Assembly: GCA_963842525.1 (NCBI GenBank)
Contig: CAWJGT010000025.1
Span: forward strand, 384,001-448,000
Direction of reading: 5' to 3'
Length of the DNA stretch: 64,000 bases
Source of the DNA: an uncultured Holophagales bacterium
GTDB taxonomy: Bacteria > Acidobacteriota > Thermoanaerobaculia > Multivoradales > UBA5704
The translations under genes and the position numbers were made by a program. The notes under the pieces are model-generated. The model was not told the origin of the DNA and did not search any database. It saw only the letters and a list, made by a program, of their open reading frames with translations. The number at the start of each line of letters is the position of its first letter. The stretch's first letter is position 1. Positions 37,087-51,072 of this stretch are shown one piece after another.

Positions 37087-40000
37087 TTGATGAGACTCCA
37101 TCGCTTCCTCCTCCCCCTGATCGCCGTTGCGGCACTGGCCCTTGCAGTGAGCGCCCAGCCGCCGGCCACCCCGCCGGCTCCATCTCCCGGACCTCCACCC
37201 GAGGCAGCCGTCGCGCTGCGCAACCTCGGTCTCGCGCAGCTCGAAAACGACCAGCCGGCCGAAGCCGAGGCCACCTTCCGCCAGCTCGCCGGGCTCGTGC
37301 CGGCCGATCCGCTCCCCTTCGCCGGTCTGGCCGTGGCGGCTCTCCGGCAGCAGAAGGCGGAGGAGGCGCTCGCGTCGATCGGCCAAGCGCAGGAGAAGGC
37401 GCCCGGCCGGGGCGATCTTTGGCGGATCCGCGGCGACGTGCTCCAGGGCCTCGACAGGGCCGAAGAGGCGCTCGCCGCCTACCGCAAGGCGGTCGAGGCC
37501 GATCCCAAGGACGTCGAGGCCTGGTACTCGCTCTACCGCACGGCGCAGATCGTCGGAGAGGCGGGAGACCAGGCCGCGGCCGATGCCCTCCGCGAGCTGG
37601 CCCGCCTGCGTCCCGAGAACCTGCTCGTCCTCCTCCAGGCGGGGCAGCGGGCCATCCGGGCCGGCGACCGGGCCGGGGCGACCCAGGCATTCCTGCGCGT
37701 CCGGGAGGTCATCGGAGAGCCTCCGGCGGCGGCAGCCACCGGCCTCCAGCAGGTGCTCGCGGCGCTGGAGGGCGAAGATCCGTCCGCGGCCCGCGGCCCG
37801 GCGGCGCGTCTGGAGAACGTCCTCAAGCCGACGCCTCTCTATCAACAGGGCCTGCGCGAGCTGTCGCCGATAGCGCAGGGCACCCCTGTCGAACGCTTCG
37901 TTCAGGAGCCTCCGGTGGATCGCTTTGGCGACCCACTGCCGGTGCGGTTCCGCGGCGCTTCCCTCGCTCCGGGGCCGACCGCAGGCCGGGCGCTTGCCTT
38001 GGGAGACTTCGACGGCGACGAGCGGACCGATCTCGCCCGGGTGCTGGCCGGCGAGGCCTCGCGGCTGGAAATCCGGCGCGCGGCGGCCGGTTGGAAGGAA
38101 GACGAGGGCCGGGCGCCGCTCCCCGCCGCCGGGATCGACGGCCTGCTGGCCGCCGACCTCGACAACGACGGCAAGCTCGACCTGATCGGCTACGGTCCCG
38201 AGCGCGTGGCCTTCTGGCGCGGCCGGGGCGACGGGAGCTTCGAGGATGCCACGGCCGCTGCCGGGCTGGGCACGGCCGGAGGCGTGGCCGGCGTCCTCGA
38301 CTTCGACATCGAGGGGGACCTCGACCTGGTGATCGTCGGAGGAAAGACCGGACCGGTCGAGATCTTCCGCAACTCCCTCATCGGACCGCTCACCCCGATC
38401 GGCAGCACGGCGTTCCCGCCCGGCTTCAAACCCGCCGGGGTGCGCGCGGTGACGGCGAGCGACCTGGACCGCGACGGCGACCTCGACCTGGTCCTCGCCG
38501 GGGAGGGCGGCCTCGCCTGGCTCGACAACCTGCGCCAGGGTCGCTTCGCCGACCGCACCGCCGCCGGTGGCCTCGCCGGGAGCGGGGCCATCACCGAGGT
38601 CGTCAGCGCTGACCTCGACGACGACGGCATCCCCGACCTGGTCGCCGCCGGGGACGGTCTCGTAGCCTGGCACAACCGGGACGGGCGTTTCGAGCCCTGG
38701 CCCCTTGCCGGCTTCGACGAAAAGAAGAAAATTCTGGATCTCCTTGCCTTTGACGCCGACAACGACGGCCGGCTCGATCTGGCCGCAGCCGGTGCGGACG
38801 GCGTCGTGGTCCTCGGCCGCCGGGGCGAGCGCGACCGGCTCACCTTCGAGCGGCTAGCCGTCGAGGCCGGGCCTCCGGGCGTTGCGGCGCTCGCCGCGGG
38901 CGATCTGGACGACGACGGCGACCTCGACCTGGTGACGGCCGGTACGGCGGGCCTCCATCGCCTCGAGAACCTGGACGGCAACCGCAACCACTGGCTGGAC
39001 GTGCGCCTCCGGGCCCTGACTCAGGGGAGCGGCAAGAACAACCTCCAGGGAATCGGCTCGGTCCTGGAGGTGCGCGCGGGCGCCGCCTACCAGTTCCGCG
39101 AGGCCGCCGGCGGCGTCACCCACTTCGGCCTCGGCCGTGTCCGCCAGCCCGACGCGCTGCGGGTGGTCTGGCCCAACGGCGTGCCGCAGGACCGCCTCCG
39201 CCCCCAGGGGAACCAGCGGATCGTGGAGGAGCAGGTCCTCAAGGGGAGCTGCCCCTTCCTCTATGCCTGGGACGGCCGACGCTTCGCCTTCGTCACCGAC
39301 CTCCTGTGGAACGCGCCCCTCGGCCTGCCCGTGGCCGAAGGGGTCTATGCCGGCTCGCAGCCCGACGAGCTCGTGCGGGTGGACGGCGCCCGGCCCTCGA
39401 ACGGCGTTTACGACCTGCGCGTCACCGAGGAGCTATGGGAGGCCGCCTGGTTCGACGGCGTCCGGCTCTGGGTGGTGGACCACCAGGACGGCGTCGAGGT
39501 GGCGAGCAGCCTGCGGGTGCTGCCGGGCGAGAAGCACCCTCCATCGACCGACCGCCTGCTCGCCAGCCGCGGCGTTCGAGCCGTGACTGCGGCCTGGGAC
39601 GGCGCGGGTGCCGATGCCACCGCCCGTGTCCGCGAGCGCGACGAGGTCTATGCATCGGGCTATCCGCCGGGCCCGTTCCAGGGCGTCGCGGCCCGGCCCT
39701 GGACCTTCACTTTCGACCTCGGCGCGGCACCGGCCGGCCCGGTCCGGCTCCACCTCGACGGCTGGATCTTCCCGGCCGATGCCAGCCTCAACCTGGCGGC
39801 GGCCCAGCGCCGCGACCTGGCCTATGCCGCCCCGCGCCTGGAAGTGGAGACCGCAAACGGCTGGCGAGTGCTCGTCGCGGCCATGGGCCACCCGGCCGGC
39901 AAGACGAAGACCATGGTCGTGGACACGCCGCCGCTGCCACCCGGAGCGCGGCGTCTGCGCATCGTCTCGACCCTCTGGCTCGCCTGGGACCGCATCGCCT

Positions 40001-40497
40001 GGACCGACACGCCGGCGGACAACGAGCCGGTCGTCCGTGCCCGCTTGGCGCCCTCCACCGCCGGGCTGCGCTATCGAGGCTTCTCCACGCTGGTCCGCCG
40101 GGCCCCCAACGCCCCGCACTCCTACGACTACGAGAGGGCGACTCGCGAGTCCCCCTGGCTGCCCTTCCCCGGCCGCTACACCCGCTACGGCGACGTCCGC
40201 GAGCTGCTCGAGGAGCCCGACGACCGTTCGGTCATCCTCGCTCCGGGCGACGAGATCGCCCTCGCCTTCGACGCCTCGGACCTGCCGCCGGTCCCGTCCG
40301 GCTGGCGCCGCACCGTCTTCCTGGAAAGCCACGGCTGGGACAAGGACGCCGACCGCAACACCTGGGAGGCGCGGCAGGTGGAGCCCCTCCCCTTCCGCGC
40401 CATGACCGGCTACCCGTACGGTCCAGGCGAAAGCTATCCGGACACCCCGTTCCACCGCGACTACGTGGCGCGGTGGCTCACGCGGACTGTGAGGTAG
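37087..40497 (+). CDS. TPR + FG-GAP/VCBS + ASPIC/UnbV (CRTAC1-like) secreted protein
   Basis: Signal peptide, TPRs, many DxDxDGxLDL repeats, NHWL.V.L, HFGLG, V.WPNG, GSCPFLY.WDG. Confidence 0.9.
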   Translation: MMRLHRFLLPLIAVAALALAVSAQPPATPPAPSPGPPPEAAVALRNLGLAQLENDQPAEAEATFRQLAGLVPADPLPFAGLAVAALRQQKAEEALASIGQAQEKAPGRGDLWRIRGDVLQGLDRAEEALAAYRKAVEADPKDVEAWYSLYRTAQIVGEAGDQAAADALRELARLRPENLLVLLQAGQRAIRAGDRAGATQAFLRVREVIGEPPAAAATGLQQVLAALEGEDPSAARGPAARLENVLKPTPLYQQGLRELSPIAQGTPVERFVQEPPVDRFGDPLPVRFRGASLAPGPTAGRALALGDFDGDERTDLARVLAGEASRLEIRRAAAGWKEDEGRAPLPAAGIDGLLAADLDNDGKLDLIGYGPERVAFWRGRGDGSFEDATAAAGLGTAGGVAGVLDFDIEGDLDLVIVGGKTGPVEIFRNSLIGPLTPIGSTAFPPGFKPAGVRAVTASDLDRDGDLDLVLAGEGGLAWLDNLRQGRFADRTAAGGLAGSGAITEVVSADLDDDGIPDLVAAGDGLVAWHNRDGRFEPWPLAGFDEKKKILDLLAFDADNDGRLDLAAAGADGVVVLGRRGERDRLTFERLAVEAGPPGVAALAAGDLDDDGDLDLVTAGTAGLHRLENLDGNRNHWLDVRLRALTQGSGKNNLQGIGSVLEVRAGAAYQFREAAGGVTHFGLGRVRQPDALRVVWPNGVPQDRLRPQGNQRIVEEQVLKGSCPFLYAWDGRRFAFVTDLLWNAPLGLPVAEGVYAGSQPDELVRVDGARPSNGVYDLRVTEELWEAAWFDGVRLWVVDHQDGVEVASSLRVLPGEKHPPSTDRLLASRGVRAVTAAWDGAGADATARVRERDEVYASGYPPGPFQGVAARPWTFTFDLGAAPAGPVRLHLDGWIFPADASLNLAAAQRRDLAYAAPRLEVETANGWRVLVAAMGHPAGKTKTMVVDTPPLPPGARRLRIVSTLWLAWDRIAWTDTPADNEPVVRARLAPSTAGLRYRGFSTLVRRAPNAPHSYDYERATRESPWLPFPGRYTRYGDVRELLEEPDDRSVILAPGDEIALAFDASDLPPVPSGWRRTVFLESHGWDKDADRNTWEARQVEPLPFRAMTGYPYGPGESYPDTPFHRDYVARWLTRTVR

Positions 40498-41581
40498 GCC
40501 GCCGCACCAGTTGCCCGCAGGCCCCCTGCACGTCCCGGCCGCGGCTGCGGCGCACGGTGACGAAGCAGCCGTGCTGGTGGAGGCGTGTAGCGAAGGCCTG
40601 GATGCGCTCTTCCGCCGGCTCGTGGAAGGGCGCGTGGGCGTGCTCGTTCATCGGGATCAGGTTGACGTTGTGGCGGCGCCGCAGGTCCCCGAGCCAGTCG
40701 ACCAGGCGGTCGGCGTCCTCCTCCGTGTCGTTGACCCCGGCCAGGAGCACGTACTCGAAGATGAAGCGCTCGTGGCGCTTGGGCTGCCAGGTGTCGAGGG
40801 CCTGGCGTAGCCGGGCAAGGTTCCAGGCCCGGTTGACCGGCATGGTGGCGGAGCGCGCCGCGTCGGTCGTTGCGTTCAGTGAGACCGCGAGCTGCGGCCG
40901 CGGGTCCATCCGTGCCAGCCGCTCGATGCCCGAGACCAGTCCGGCGGTGCTCACCGTGATCCGCCCCGGCGAGAGCAGCGACCCCTCGGGATGGCAGAGG
41001 ACGGTGATGGCGCGGTGGACATGGTCGAGGTTGTGGAGCGGCTCGCCCATGCCCATGAAGACCAGGTAGAGGAACTCGCCGCGCTGCGGCCCCATCTCGC
41101 GCATCAGGGTGAGGACCTGGCCGACGATCTCGCCCGCCGTGAGGTTGCGCACGATGCCCATCGCGCCGGTGGCGCAGAAGGTGCAGCCCAGGGCACACCC
41201 GACCTGGCTCGACACGCAATAGGTGATCCGCGAGTCTCCTTCCCCGCGGGGCATGTGAACGGCCTCGATGCGATGCCCATCCGTGAGCCCCAGCACCAGC
41301 TTCGTGGAGCCGTCTTCCGAAGGGTGGCGCTCCAGGATCGTGGGCAGCGAGAGGTTGGCGTTGGCGTCGAGCCAGGCGCGGATCTCGCGCGACAGGAACA
41401 GGCTTTCCGGACGCCAGGTACGGACCCGCTGAAGCCGTGCGAACACATGCTCCGGGCGGCCGGGGCATCCCTGGGCTGCGAGGTCCTCGGGCAGCAGGGT
41501 CCAGGCCGAAGGCGGGCCTTCCCGTTCGGGCGCCCGGCGGTCCCAGGGCATGGCGGGGGCGGTGGAGACGGCGGCCGGCAT
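40478..41581 (-). CDS. rlmN: Radical SAM RNA methyltransferase RlmN
   Basis: CVSSQVGCALGCTFCATG, MGMGEP, SLNA, EYVLL.GVND, G.D..GACGQL. Confidence 0.9.
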   Translation of the reverse strand: MPAAVSTAPAMPWDRRAPEREGPPSAWTLLPEDLAAQGCPGRPEHVFARLQRVRTWRPESLFLSREIRAWLDANANLSLPTILERHPSEDGSTKLVLGLTDGHRIEAVHMPRGEGDSRITYCVSSQVGCALGCTFCATGAMGIVRNLTAGEIVGQVLTLMREMGPQRGEFLYLVFMGMGEPLHNLDHVHRAITVLCHPEGSLLSPGRITVSTAGLVSGIERLARMDPRPQLAVSLNATTDAARSATMPVNRAWNLARLRQALDTWQPKRHERFIFEYVLLAGVNDTEEDADRLVDWLGDLRRRHNVNLIPMNEHAHAPFHEPAEERIQAFATRLHQHGCFVTVRRSRGRDVQGACGQLVRRPTSQSA

Positions 41582-41654
41582 CCCGCGGAGTGTAACTCTA
41601 AGCGAGGGCGCGCCCAATCGCCCAGGGTGTGAACCCTGGGCGCCTGGGCGAGGG

Positions 41655-44148
41655 CTATCGCCACGACACCCGCACCCCCACCCTGAGCGTCCGTGGCGCG
41701 AGCGTCTCGCCGGCGAATCCGCCGCGGCCGACCCCGAGGTCGAGATCCCGCGCGAGGACCGTGTCCTCGTTCAGGAAGTTGAGCGCTTCGAGGCTGACGG
41801 TGAGGCCCAGGTCGCCGAAGTACATCTCCTTTTCGAGCCCGGCGTCGACCGTGACGAGGTCGTCCGTGCGCAGGGCGTCAGGGCGGCCGGTGAGCTGCAC
41901 ACGGGCGAGGCCGGCGCGCTCCCGCGCGACCTGGCGGTAGTAGGGGAGCGGGTCGCCCTGGCGGCCATTGACGGCGGCCGAGAGGTTGAAGTTGCGCGGC
42001 AGCCTGACCAGGCCGACGGCCAGGAACGACCAGCGGGCCGCCTGGAAGCGCGGCGTCTCGTGAGGATGCCACGACGCGGTTCCGGCCAGGGGGGCCATGG
42101 GAAGGCCTTCGTCGTCGTCCCCGCCGAGCGCGTTGGTGGGATCGTCGAAGCGCCGGAAGGCGGAGCCGAGCCGCCGGTCTCCGTCCTGCCAGGTGACGTA
42201 CCCCTGGCTCATCCAGCGGTCGGCCAGCCGCTTCTTCCAAGTCAGGGAGAGCCCGCGGTCCTCCTGTTGCCGGTCGCCGCTGTCGCCATTGACGAGGAGG
42301 GTGCCGCCGGTCCACAGCAGGCCGGGCCGGAGGTCCCAGACGGGCACGTCGTAGGGCGTGCCGTCCGGCAGGGCTCCGGTCAGCCGGCTCGTGGGGATCC
42401 AGTCGCCGGAGGTGGCCACGAAGACCTCGCCCGTGGCCAGGTCGCGGACGAGCAGCCTCTCCTCGTGGAGATGGCGGGTCCGCCGCCAGGTCGCCCGCAG
42501 GCCGATCCAGAAGTCGTCCGTCAGCTCGCGTTCGACGCTGAAGACGGCCTCGTCGGTGATTTCCGGCCGGAGGTGGGAGTCGACCGCGTCGGGATCGAGC
42601 CCGGGCCGCAGGGGATCGATCCCCTCGCCCGGCAAGGGCTGGACCGGCTCGCCCGGGTCGAGGTTGAGGTCGCCGTCGCGGTCTTCGAACAGCGAGCGGA
42701 GCACGGCCGGCGCGTCCGGGTCGAGATGCCAGGCGGCGCGGGAGCCCAGCCGCGAGGCGAAACGCCCCAGGGAGGCCCACAGCAGGGTCTTGTGCTCGCG
42801 GTCCCTGGAATGCACGATCCGGCTGAGCCCGAGCCGGGGCGCCAGGGTCCAGGGCCGCGAGCCGCCGTCGATGCCGAGGTCCTGGCGGTCCGCGCGCAAC
42901 CCGGCGATGGCCGTCCACTTGTCGATCGCCACTCTGTCCTGGGCCCAGAGCCCCAGGGCCTCGGTGCGCGCGTCGGCCTTCCCGGCCCGCCAAGCCTCGG
43001 CCATTGCAAGATCTCCCTCGCGGCCGACGACCCTGCCGGCGACCACCAGGGGACCCGGAAGGCTCAGCTCCCGGTCCTCGTCCTGCTCGCGCAGTGCGGC
43101 TCCAAGGTGGATCTCGTGGCTGACCGGCCCCGTGGTCGGGTAGAGGCTGGTGTCGAGCCGGGCCTGGCGTGTCCGCTGCTCCTCCCGCAGGTCGAACCAG
43201 CTCCCGCGGGCCACACCGTCCAGGCCGATCCTCGCTCCGCCGCCGGCCGACCGGGGCAGGTCGCCGAGGCGCCTGTCTTCAAGGCTCAGGCCCGCGGTCA
43301 GGTAGAAATTCGAGGTGAAGATGGGGGTCGCTTCAGCCCCCCAGACATCCTCCCGGCCGTCCTCCTCCCAGGTGATCTCTGGCGCGCGGCCCGGTCCCGC
43401 CCCGATGCCGGAGCCGTCGGAGCCGGTGCGGCTTCCCAGGAGGACGGTGGAGACGGAGCTTCCCGATCTGCGCGTTCAGCTTGAAACGGCTGCTCTCGCT
43501 GGCCCGTTCCTCCTGCTGCCCGCCGAGGACGGTACGGTCAACCTGGCGGAGGCCCGCCTCGCCCCAGATCCAGAGCCGGTCCTGGGACAGCGGCCCGCCC
43601 ACCCAGGCGCTGCCGGTGCGGAGGGTCTCGAGGCGGTTGCCGTCCACGGCGCCGTCCGGCCCGTCGGCGCTCCGGTTTGCGGAGAGCCCACCGTCGCTGC
43701 CCTCGAAGAACCCCGAGGCCCGCCACTGGTTCGTGCCACGTAGATAGTACGGCCTGATCCGCACCCCCGGCATCTCCAGGGTGAGGTCAGAGCCTCCCAG
43801 GCTCACGTGGACCTCCTGCGAGGCGCCGAGGTTGGTGGGCGAAGCGCCCGCCGCATCCCTGGCGGCGGAGAACATTTCCGTGACATCAGGGAAGCCCTGC
43901 GCCACCTCGTTCCGGAGCAACACGAGCAGGGGTGGCGCGCCGCCGCAGCCGCCTTCGCTGCCGCCCACGTTGATGCGGTCCACCAGCACGCCCGGCGTGG
44001 TCTGGAGGATTTCCCAGGGATCGCGCGCCGCCGGAATGGGCTCCGGATCGGAAGATTCTGCCGGCGTCTCCTGGGCGTATACCGAGCCGTCTAAGAGAAA
44101 TGAGAGGGACAGTACGAGCCCGACCGCGAAGAAACGGTTTTTTCGCAT
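41655..44148 (-). CDS. Oar-like TonB-dependent receptor, at least two frameshifts
   Basis: Signal peptide; ARDPWEIL..TPGV..DRINVGG; GTN.WR.S, GGP..DRLW; C-terminal PRT.R.G.R.SW; paralog of 60884-63300. Confidence 0.75.
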
Positions 44149-44241
44149 CGCCTGCCTCCTTCTGAACAATTGAGGAGAGAGCAAGCGATGTGCCAGCGAC
44201 CGGACCACGGAAAACCTTTCGGAAAATCCCGCCTCCAAAAT

Positions 44242-44310
44242 CCTCACCCCCTGTCCCCCTCTCCCGGCGGGGGGTGGAAGGGAGATGGGAGAGGGGGACA
44301 GGGGGTGAGG
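44242..44310. repeat. REP-like long inverted repeat
   Basis: CCTCACCCCCTGTCCCCCTCTCCC ... GGGAGAGGGGGACAGGGGGTGAGG. Confidence 0.8.
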
Positions 44311-44369
44311 ATTCAATTCAACCGCGTGAATCGCGGCGATCCAACGGATTGATCCGCCGGTCGGGGGGT

Positions 44370-45566
44370 CTAGCGGAGCAGCTCCAGCGCCGCCGGCTGG
44401 ATGGGTTGGAGGAGGTTTGCGCCGGTGACCCAGTCGGCGGTGTTGATCACGGCGATGACGGCCGTAGCGTTCGCCGGGTTCACCCACAGGAATGCGCGGT
44501 ACCCTGCCTGGCTTCCCGTGTGGCCGATGAAGGTGTGCTGCCCGCTCCGCAGGATGAAGAAGCCGAGCCCCATCTCCTCCGGCTGCTCCTCGGTACCGCC
44601 CCTGGAGAGGACGGGGCGCCACATTTCCTGGAGCGTCGATCGCGAGAGGACCGCGTCGTAGAGCCGCGCACGCCCGGAATCTTCACCGGTCGAGCCGGTT
44701 AGGAATGCTGCATACACCGCCAGGTCGGAGAGAGGCGCATTCCAGCCGCTGTTGGGGATCGTGATCCCCGGGTCGAAGTCCGCTCCGTTATCGTGAAGCT
44801 TGTTGCCCTGCTCGCCCTCCTCGGGAGGCAAGAAGCCGTAGTTGTGCGAGCGGTGCTCGGCCAGGTAGTAGGGCGTGGAGCCGAAATAGCTGCGGGTGAG
44901 CCCCAGCGGCGAGAGGATGTTCTTCTGGACATAGGCCTGCCAGGGATCGCCGCTGAGCTTCTCGACGATCCGGGCGAGATAGATGTAGGCCGGGTTCGAA
45001 TACCCATACTGCGAGCCGGGGGCGAAGAGGAGCTCCTGGTACGGCATCATCGCCACGAGCTGCTCCCAGGAGGTGGGCTCGAAGGGCTCCCACGGCTTCC
45101 CCTGGCTGTACGGCCACGTCGGCGCCTGAAAGCCGGCGGAGTGGCTGAGCAGCATGCGCACGGTGATCTTGTCGATAGCATTGAACGGATCGTGCACCTG
45201 GCGCAGCTCCGGCAGCCAGCGGATGACCGTATCGTCGAGGGAGAGCTTGCCGTGGTCGCGGAGCTGGAGGATCGCGATGGCGGTCAGCGTCTTGGTGATC
45301 GAGCCGTAGTGGAAGAGCGTGTTCTCGTCCACGCGCTTGCCTCGTTGCTGGTCCGCGAAGCCGTAGTCGTGGCGGCCGACGATGCGGCCGTCCCGGACGA
45401 GGACCGCGCTCCCGCCCACGACCCGGGAGCCGGATGCCTGGGCATCGAAGGCCTTGGTGAAACCGGCCCATCCTCCGCCCGGTGCGGCGTCCTGCGCTGC
45501 CAGCGGTATGGCGAAGAGAGCGAGCGTGGCGGATGCGATCCAGAGCAGGGCAGAGGAGGTCGGCAT
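44370..45566 (-). CDS. Serine hydrolase, beta-lactamase family
   Basis: SITK (SxxK), LLSHSAG, YSN, GHTG; signal peptide. Confidence 0.92.
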   Translation of the reverse strand: MPTSSALLWIASATLALFAIPLAAQDAAPGGGWAGFTKAFDAQASGSRVVGGSAVLVRDGRIVGRHDYGFADQQRGKRVDENTLFHYGSITKTLTAIAILQLRDHGKLSLDDTVIRWLPELRQVHDPFNAIDKITVRMLLSHSAGFQAPTWPYSQGKPWEPFEPTSWEQLVAMMPYQELLFAPGSQYGYSNPAYIYLARIVEKLSGDPWQAYVQKNILSPLGLTRSYFGSTPYYLAEHRSHNYGFLPPEEGEQGNKLHDNGADFDPGITIPNSGWNAPLSDLAVYAAFLTGSTGEDSGRARLYDAVLSRSTLQEMWRPVLSRGGTEEQPEEMGLGFFILRSGQHTFIGHTGSQAGYRAFLWVNPANATAVIAVINTADWVTGANLLQPIQPAALELLR

Positions 45567-45605
45567 TTCAGGGCTCCCAGGTTGGGGCCATGATACCAGG
45601 GCCCG

Positions 45606-48512
<2,907 letters not shown>

Positions 48513-48524
48513 CGGGCGCCGAGT

Positions 48525-49967
48525 CTATCTCACCTGCGGCCAGACGAAGCTCGCCGCGAGGCCCGCGGCGACCGTCAACAGCGATCCCGCGAGCGCGTAC
48601 CAGGGCCAGGCCAGCGAAGTACCGAAAAAGATCCAGGTCATGCCCGCGAAGCCGGCGGTGAGGCCTGCGAGGGCCGCCCGCTGGCCCACACGGCGCGTGA
48701 GCATGCCGAGGAAGAAGACCCCGAGCACGATGCCGGTGGTGAAGGCGGCGACACCCAGAACACTGCTCACGATCGAGGACCGCAGCCACTGGCCGGCGAT
48801 CCCCACCGCGATCTGCACCGCGCCGAAGACCGCCGTGAGGATGCGGGTCATCCGCAACTGCCGCTCGGGCGCGATTTCTCGGCCCGTCCGTCGTTTCGTC
48901 AAGGGGAGGTAGAGGTCGTTGACCGCCACGGTGGCGCACGAGTTGAGCGAGCTCGTCATGGCGGCGGCGAAGATGGCGCCCAGCAGCAGCCCGACCATGC
49001 CGACCGGCAGCTCGTCGAGGATGAAGCGAGCGAAGACGCGGTCCGGGCGGTCGAACGGCACGGCGGGCGGGTGGAGCTGGTAGAAGCTCCAGAGCCCGAC
49101 GCCGATCAGCAGGAAAAGCGCGAACTGAGCCGCCACGACCAGCCCGCTCACCCACAGGGCGCGCCGCGCGCCCGGCAGCCCGCGCGTCGATAAATAGCGC
49201 TGCACCATGAGCTGGTCCACGCCATGGGAGCCGAGGGTGATGAACGCGCCGCCGATCAGGCCGGCCCAGAGACCATAGGGCTCGCTCCAGTCGAGCCGGG
49301 CGTCGAGCACGCGGAATTTGCCCGCGGCCTGCCCCATGGCGACGAGCTGGTCCCAGCCGCCCGGCAGGCGGGACAGGATCGCGAGGAGCGCGACCAGCGC
49401 TCCGGCGAGGTAGAGGCCGAGCTGGACGAAGTCGCTCCACAGCACCGCCCGCATGCCGCCGAGGTAGGTGTAGACGACGGTCGTGATCCCCAGCGCCGCC
49501 ACCGCCCATTCGATCGAGATGCCGGTCATCTCCTGGAGCACCAGGGCGGAGAGGAAGAGCCGCAGCCCGTCGGCCAGGCTGCGGGTGACGAGGAACAACG
49601 CCGCCGCCGTCTGCTGGGTGGCCCCGCCGAACCGGCGGTGCAGGACCTCGTAGGCCGTGAAGAGAGTGCCCCGGAAGTACTCGGGAAGCAGGAAGAAAGC
49701 GACCGCAAAGCGGCCGAGGACGAAGCCCAGCGCGATCTGCAGCCAGGTGAAGTCCCGCTCGTAGGCGACGCCCGGGATGCTCAGGAACGTGACGCTGCTC
49801 GTTTCTGTGGCAATGATCGAGCAGAGGATCAGCCACCACGGCAGGTCGCGCCCCCCGACCGCGTACTCGTTTACATCGCGCGCACCCCGGCCCAGCCACA
49901 TGCCGAGGAGGACCATCCCGGCCATGTAGGCCACGAGGATCGCGAGGTCGAGGGTGCCGATGCTCAT
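48525..49967 (-). CDS. Sodium:solute symporter
   Basis: SIIATETS..TFLSIPG, YT..GGM.AV.W.D..Q, DQ..VQRYL, AAAM.SSLNS. Confidence 0.93.
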   Translation of the reverse strand: MSIGTLDLAILVAYMAGMVLLGMWLGRGARDVNEYAVGGRDLPWWLILCSIIATETSSVTFLSIPGVAYERDFTWLQIALGFVLGRFAVAFFLLPEYFRGTLFTAYEVLHRRFGGATQQTAAALFLVTRSLADGLRLFLSALVLQEMTGISIEWAVAALGITTVVYTYLGGMRAVLWSDFVQLGLYLAGALVALLAILSRLPGGWDQLVAMGQAAGKFRVLDARLDWSEPYGLWAGLIGGAFITLGSHGVDQLMVQRYLSTRGLPGARRALWVSGLVVAAQFALFLLIGVGLWSFYQLHPPAVPFDRPDRVFARFILDELPVGMVGLLLGAIFAAAMTSSLNSCATVAVNDLYLPLTKRRTGREIAPERQLRMTRILTAVFGAVQIAVGIAGQWLRSSIVSSVLGVAAFTTGIVLGVFFLGMLTRRVGQRAALAGLTAGFAGMTWIFFGTSLAWPWYALAGSLLTVAAGLAASFVWPQVR

Positions 49968-50058
49968 CCGGACGCGGAGAGCCTACACCCAGGGGCAGCT
50001 CATTCCGAAGCCCTTCTACAATTCGCGCCTGCTCGACGAAAGCAGGGGCGAGATGTCG

Positions 50059-51072
50059 TCATTCTTCTTCCTTGCCGAGACTGAGCTGCGCCTCGATCGT
50101 CACCTCATATCCGCCGTCGGGCAGCTCTCTTTCGCGCACGACGCGGGCGCCTTTCACGAGTTGGTCGACGGTGGCCACGATCTCGTCTTTCTCCACGACG
50201 CCGTCGACCACTCGCGTCTGTGCCTGGATGCGTGTCTCGATGGCCTCGGCAAGCCTGCGGCGCGCATCGACCTCTGCAGCCCGTCTTGCCAGCGCCTTCC
50301 TCCGCTCTGTGGGGAGCTGCGCCGAAGCGAACCCCGTTCCGGAGACCTCGACGCGTGTCGAGAGCGGCGTCTCCTGGGTGGGAGGGGGTGGTGGCGGGGT
50401 GGGGGAGGGCTCCTGCCGCGGGTGATCCTTCCTGGGGGTCTCCTCAGGAGTCTCCTCGACAAGGGGCGCCGGTGTGGCCGCCGGTGGAACGCTCTCTTCA
50501 GGAGCAGCCGTGGAAGGGGCCGCGGGATGCCCTCCCTGCGGGTTCTCCGCACCTGACGGCAAGAGGCGGAAGACGAGGAAGCCGGCAGTAACCAGAAGCG
50601 CCGCGGCCAAGGAGATCTTCCAAACGCCGCGTCGTGACTGCCCGGCAGCCGCTGCGGTGGCGGCCTGTCCGCCAAGGTGACGCAGGAGTGCGCCGTAGCC
50701 GGCTTCCGTGTCCACCTGGAAAAATCGATAACTCCGCAGAGGACGGGGGATGAAGCGTGCGTCGGCGTCCGCGAAGACGACCGGCACGTACTTCTCGTTC
50801 CTCATGCTCGCCTCGAAGAGCTCCTGGATCATCAACTGGCTCTCGAAGGCGGTTCCCTGCCGCCGCCCATAGGCTTCCGTGATGATCACGAGCACGGCGT
50901 CCGCTGCCGCCATCTCCCGCTCCATCCAGCGGGTCAGAGGCTCGTCGATCCGGTCCTCGTCCTGGTCGAGCCGCACTTCCAGCCCATCGCCGCGCAGGCG
51001 CTCTGCAAACTGCCGCACGCGCCGCTCCTGCTGCGGCGTTTCACGGCTGTAGCTGATGAAGACACGCTTCAT
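50059..51072 (-). CDS. TIR/SEFIR + TM + Pro-linker + LPP20/FlgP-like domain protein
   Basis: RVFISYS..V..FA..LR..G..V.LDQ; TM ISLAAALLVTAGFLVF; ARRAAEVDARRRLAE...V.GA.V. Confidence 0.8.
   Translation of the reverse strand: MKRVFISYSRETPQQERRVRQFAERLRGDGLEVRLDQDEDRIDEPLTRWMEREMAAADAVLVIITEAYGRRQGTAFESQLMIQELFEASMRNEKYVPVVFADADARFIPRPLRSYRFFQVDTEAGYGALLRHLGGQAATAAAAGQSRRGVWKISLAAALLVTAGFLVFRLLPSGAENPQGGHPAAPSTAAPEESVPPAATPAPLVEETPEETPRKDHPRQEPSPTPPPPPPTQETPLSTRVEVSGTGFASAQLPTERRKALARRAAEVDARRRLAEAIETRIQAQTRVVDGVVEKDEIVATVDQLVKGARVVRERELPDGGYEVTIEAQLSLGKEEE

Noticed and set aside
40478-41581. Radical SAM RiPP maturase for the Cys-rich peptides
   Set aside because: Motifs are diagnostic of RlmN and it is far from the peptide genes
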